The notes under the pieces were generated by a model that saw only the letters and a program-made list of their open reading frames with translations, made no database searches and had not been told where the DNA came from. The position numbers and the translations under genes are program-made. Shown in pieces: positions 62,386 to 64,000 of a stretch of 64,000 nucleotides of DNA (its first letter is position 1; the number at the start of each line of letters is the position of its first letter). The DNA comes from Selaginella moellendorffii. Lineage: Eukaryota; Plantae; Lycopodiophyta. The DNA lies in NCBI RefSeq assembly GCF_000143415.4, contig NW_003314265.1, positions 2,242,785 through 2,306,784 on the forward strand, read 5' to 3'.

Positions 62386-63942
62386 ATGGCTGCCGCGGCT
62401 GTCAATCGCTGCGTGTCGGCGCTAGATCCAAGGAGAAAGACAATTCTTGCTGTAGATCATTCGAATAGTGTAATTGGACGAGATTTAGGGAGAGCTGTTA
62501 GAGAATGTTCTTCCTCGGTATTTGAAAGGAAGCTCCGATCTTATAGAAATTATAGTCGTTCGGTGGCAGCAAGAGCAACAGTGGACGATAGCTCTTCCAT
62601 TGGGACCGAGGCGCCTGAAGAGGACTACTACTCGGTTCTAGGATTGGTATGGTTCTTTGTTGTTCCTTTTTATGTTTTCAGTTCCTTGCTTTCATTTGTT
62701 CATTCTTTTCTAGGAGCCCGATGCTACGTCCGAGGACATTAGAAAGGCTTACTACTCCTGTATGAAAGAATGCCATCCCGATTTGATTGGAGATGACTCT
62801 GGAGCTACAAATTTTTGTATGTTTGTGAATGAAGTGTACGAGGTAAAAACGTTCTTTTTTTTTGTGTGTGTTCTTTCTCAGCTCACAATGAAAAGAATTG
62901 GTGTGTGATAGGTGCTGAGTGATCCGGAGCAGAGGATGGTGTATGACGAGATAAATGGCTACGCCCTGACTTCAAAGAACCCTTTCTTGAGTGTTACGTG
63001 TACCAAGGATCGAGTGTTTGTGGACGAGGTTTCATGCATCGGTACGTATCAAGCTTTTGTGTTCTCTCTCTTTCATTTTCTAATGTATAGTCGTGTCTCG
63101 AAGGATAGGATGTAAGAACTGTGTGAATACAGCGCCTTGTACGTTCGCAATTGAGGAAGAACACGNNNNNNNNNNNNNNNNNNNNNNNNNNNNNNNNNNN
63201 NNNNNNNNNNNNNNNNNNNNNNNNNNNNNNNNNNNNNNNNNNNNNNNNNNNNNNNNNNNNNNNNNNNNNNNNNNNNNNNNNNNNNNNNNNNNNNNNNNNN
63301 NNNAAAGCCCCGTGGACTGTATCCACTGGGTTTCTGCTCCTCAGCTCGCTCTTTTAGAGGATGAAATGCGGAGAGTGGAGCGCGTGAGTGTAAGTGGCTG
63401 GCCGGCTATCTATAACTTCGTGATTAACTGAGCTCTCACAGGTTGGCGTCATGCTTTCAGGCATGGGTTATCAATCCGCAGACGTTTTTGCAACGGTAAG
63501 CTCTCTACATTTTGAGGCAAAATCGAGCACACAGAAATGTTTTCTCTTGCCAGGCCAGTACGAGGTGGGAGAAGAAGCAAGCAAAAGCCCGGGTACTCTC
63601 CCTACATTTTGTCCAAATGAGTTAACCATCTTCTCTTCTCACTGCAGATTCGTGCAATGAATAGAGCTGCGAACGCCCGGAATAGCTCCATGCATCCTTG
63701 GTGGCAGGGTATGTGGAACCAAACCATGGGAACAAGACCAGGCAAGTCTCGCATTCTAGCCCTTCCTCTCTCATCGCATCTATCAAACTGAGTGTGGCAT
63801 AACAGAAGAATGGGAAAAACAAGCTGGGGAGAAGCGCAACCGAGCGGCTGCAGCAGCACGAAGATGGAGAGAGTACTCGAGGAGAGGATTTTACGGACGG
63901 CCGACGCAGATTCTTCCGGATAACAAACAAGACAATAATTAG
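62386..63942 (+). CDS. Chloroplast DnaJ-ferredoxin protein (DJC76/CDJ3-like), multi-exon, crosses an assembly gap
   Basis: DYYSVLGL...KECHPD J-domain; VFVDEVSCIGCKNC...CPVDCIHW Fe-S motif; AAAARRWREYSRRG. Confidence 0.88.
63166..63303. other. Assembly gap (N run)
   Basis: Run of N. Confidence 1.
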
Positions 63943-64000
63943 CAGCTCGAATCACAGCAAATTATACTAATAAATACTGTATATAGTTTGAACAGTTTGC

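Noticed and set aside
63304-63325. Apparent loss of the Fe-S Cys (SPVDC instead of CPVDC)
   Set aside because: AAAG directly after the gap is most likely a splice acceptor with the Cys codon split TG|C; the gap prevents confirmation

Overview
Gene-dense land-plant nuclear DNA with very short introns (mostly 45-100 nt) and short intergenic spacers. It most resembles the lycophyte Selaginella, which is an inference from style and gene content. About 20 protein-coding genes are supported: NAA50-like, MFP1-like, TOM1-like, two cystinosins, RPN9, GCP3, a RING protein, CONSTANS-like, LDL3, WEB-family, two RCI2/PMP3, STICHEL-like, two cytochrome b561-like, SINA-like, MIP2/Sec39-like, ILR3-like bHLH, TL19 and a DnaJ-ferredoxin. 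There is also a tRNA-Asn(GTT). A ~16 kb island (7.2-23.3 kb) holds copia and LINE remnants, a two-LTR element with PBS, PPT and TSD but no intact ORF, and a PPR pseudogene. It sits between the two copies of a ~1.7 kb duplication that carries the cystinosin gene. The most interesting signals are: (1) an RCI2/PMP3 gene whose single first exon has two alternative duplicated terminal exons (tailed and tail-less isoforms); (2) a convergent pair of DOMON-less cytochrome b561-like genes that appear to have lost one heme site; (3) a RING protein with a possible Erf4/golgin-A7-like domain; (4) a cystinosin paralog altered in its conserved motif; (5) an N-terminally short MIP2/NBAS. All gene models were built by eye from GT/GC-AG sites and reading frame. 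Family assignments rest on remembered motifs, not database searches.
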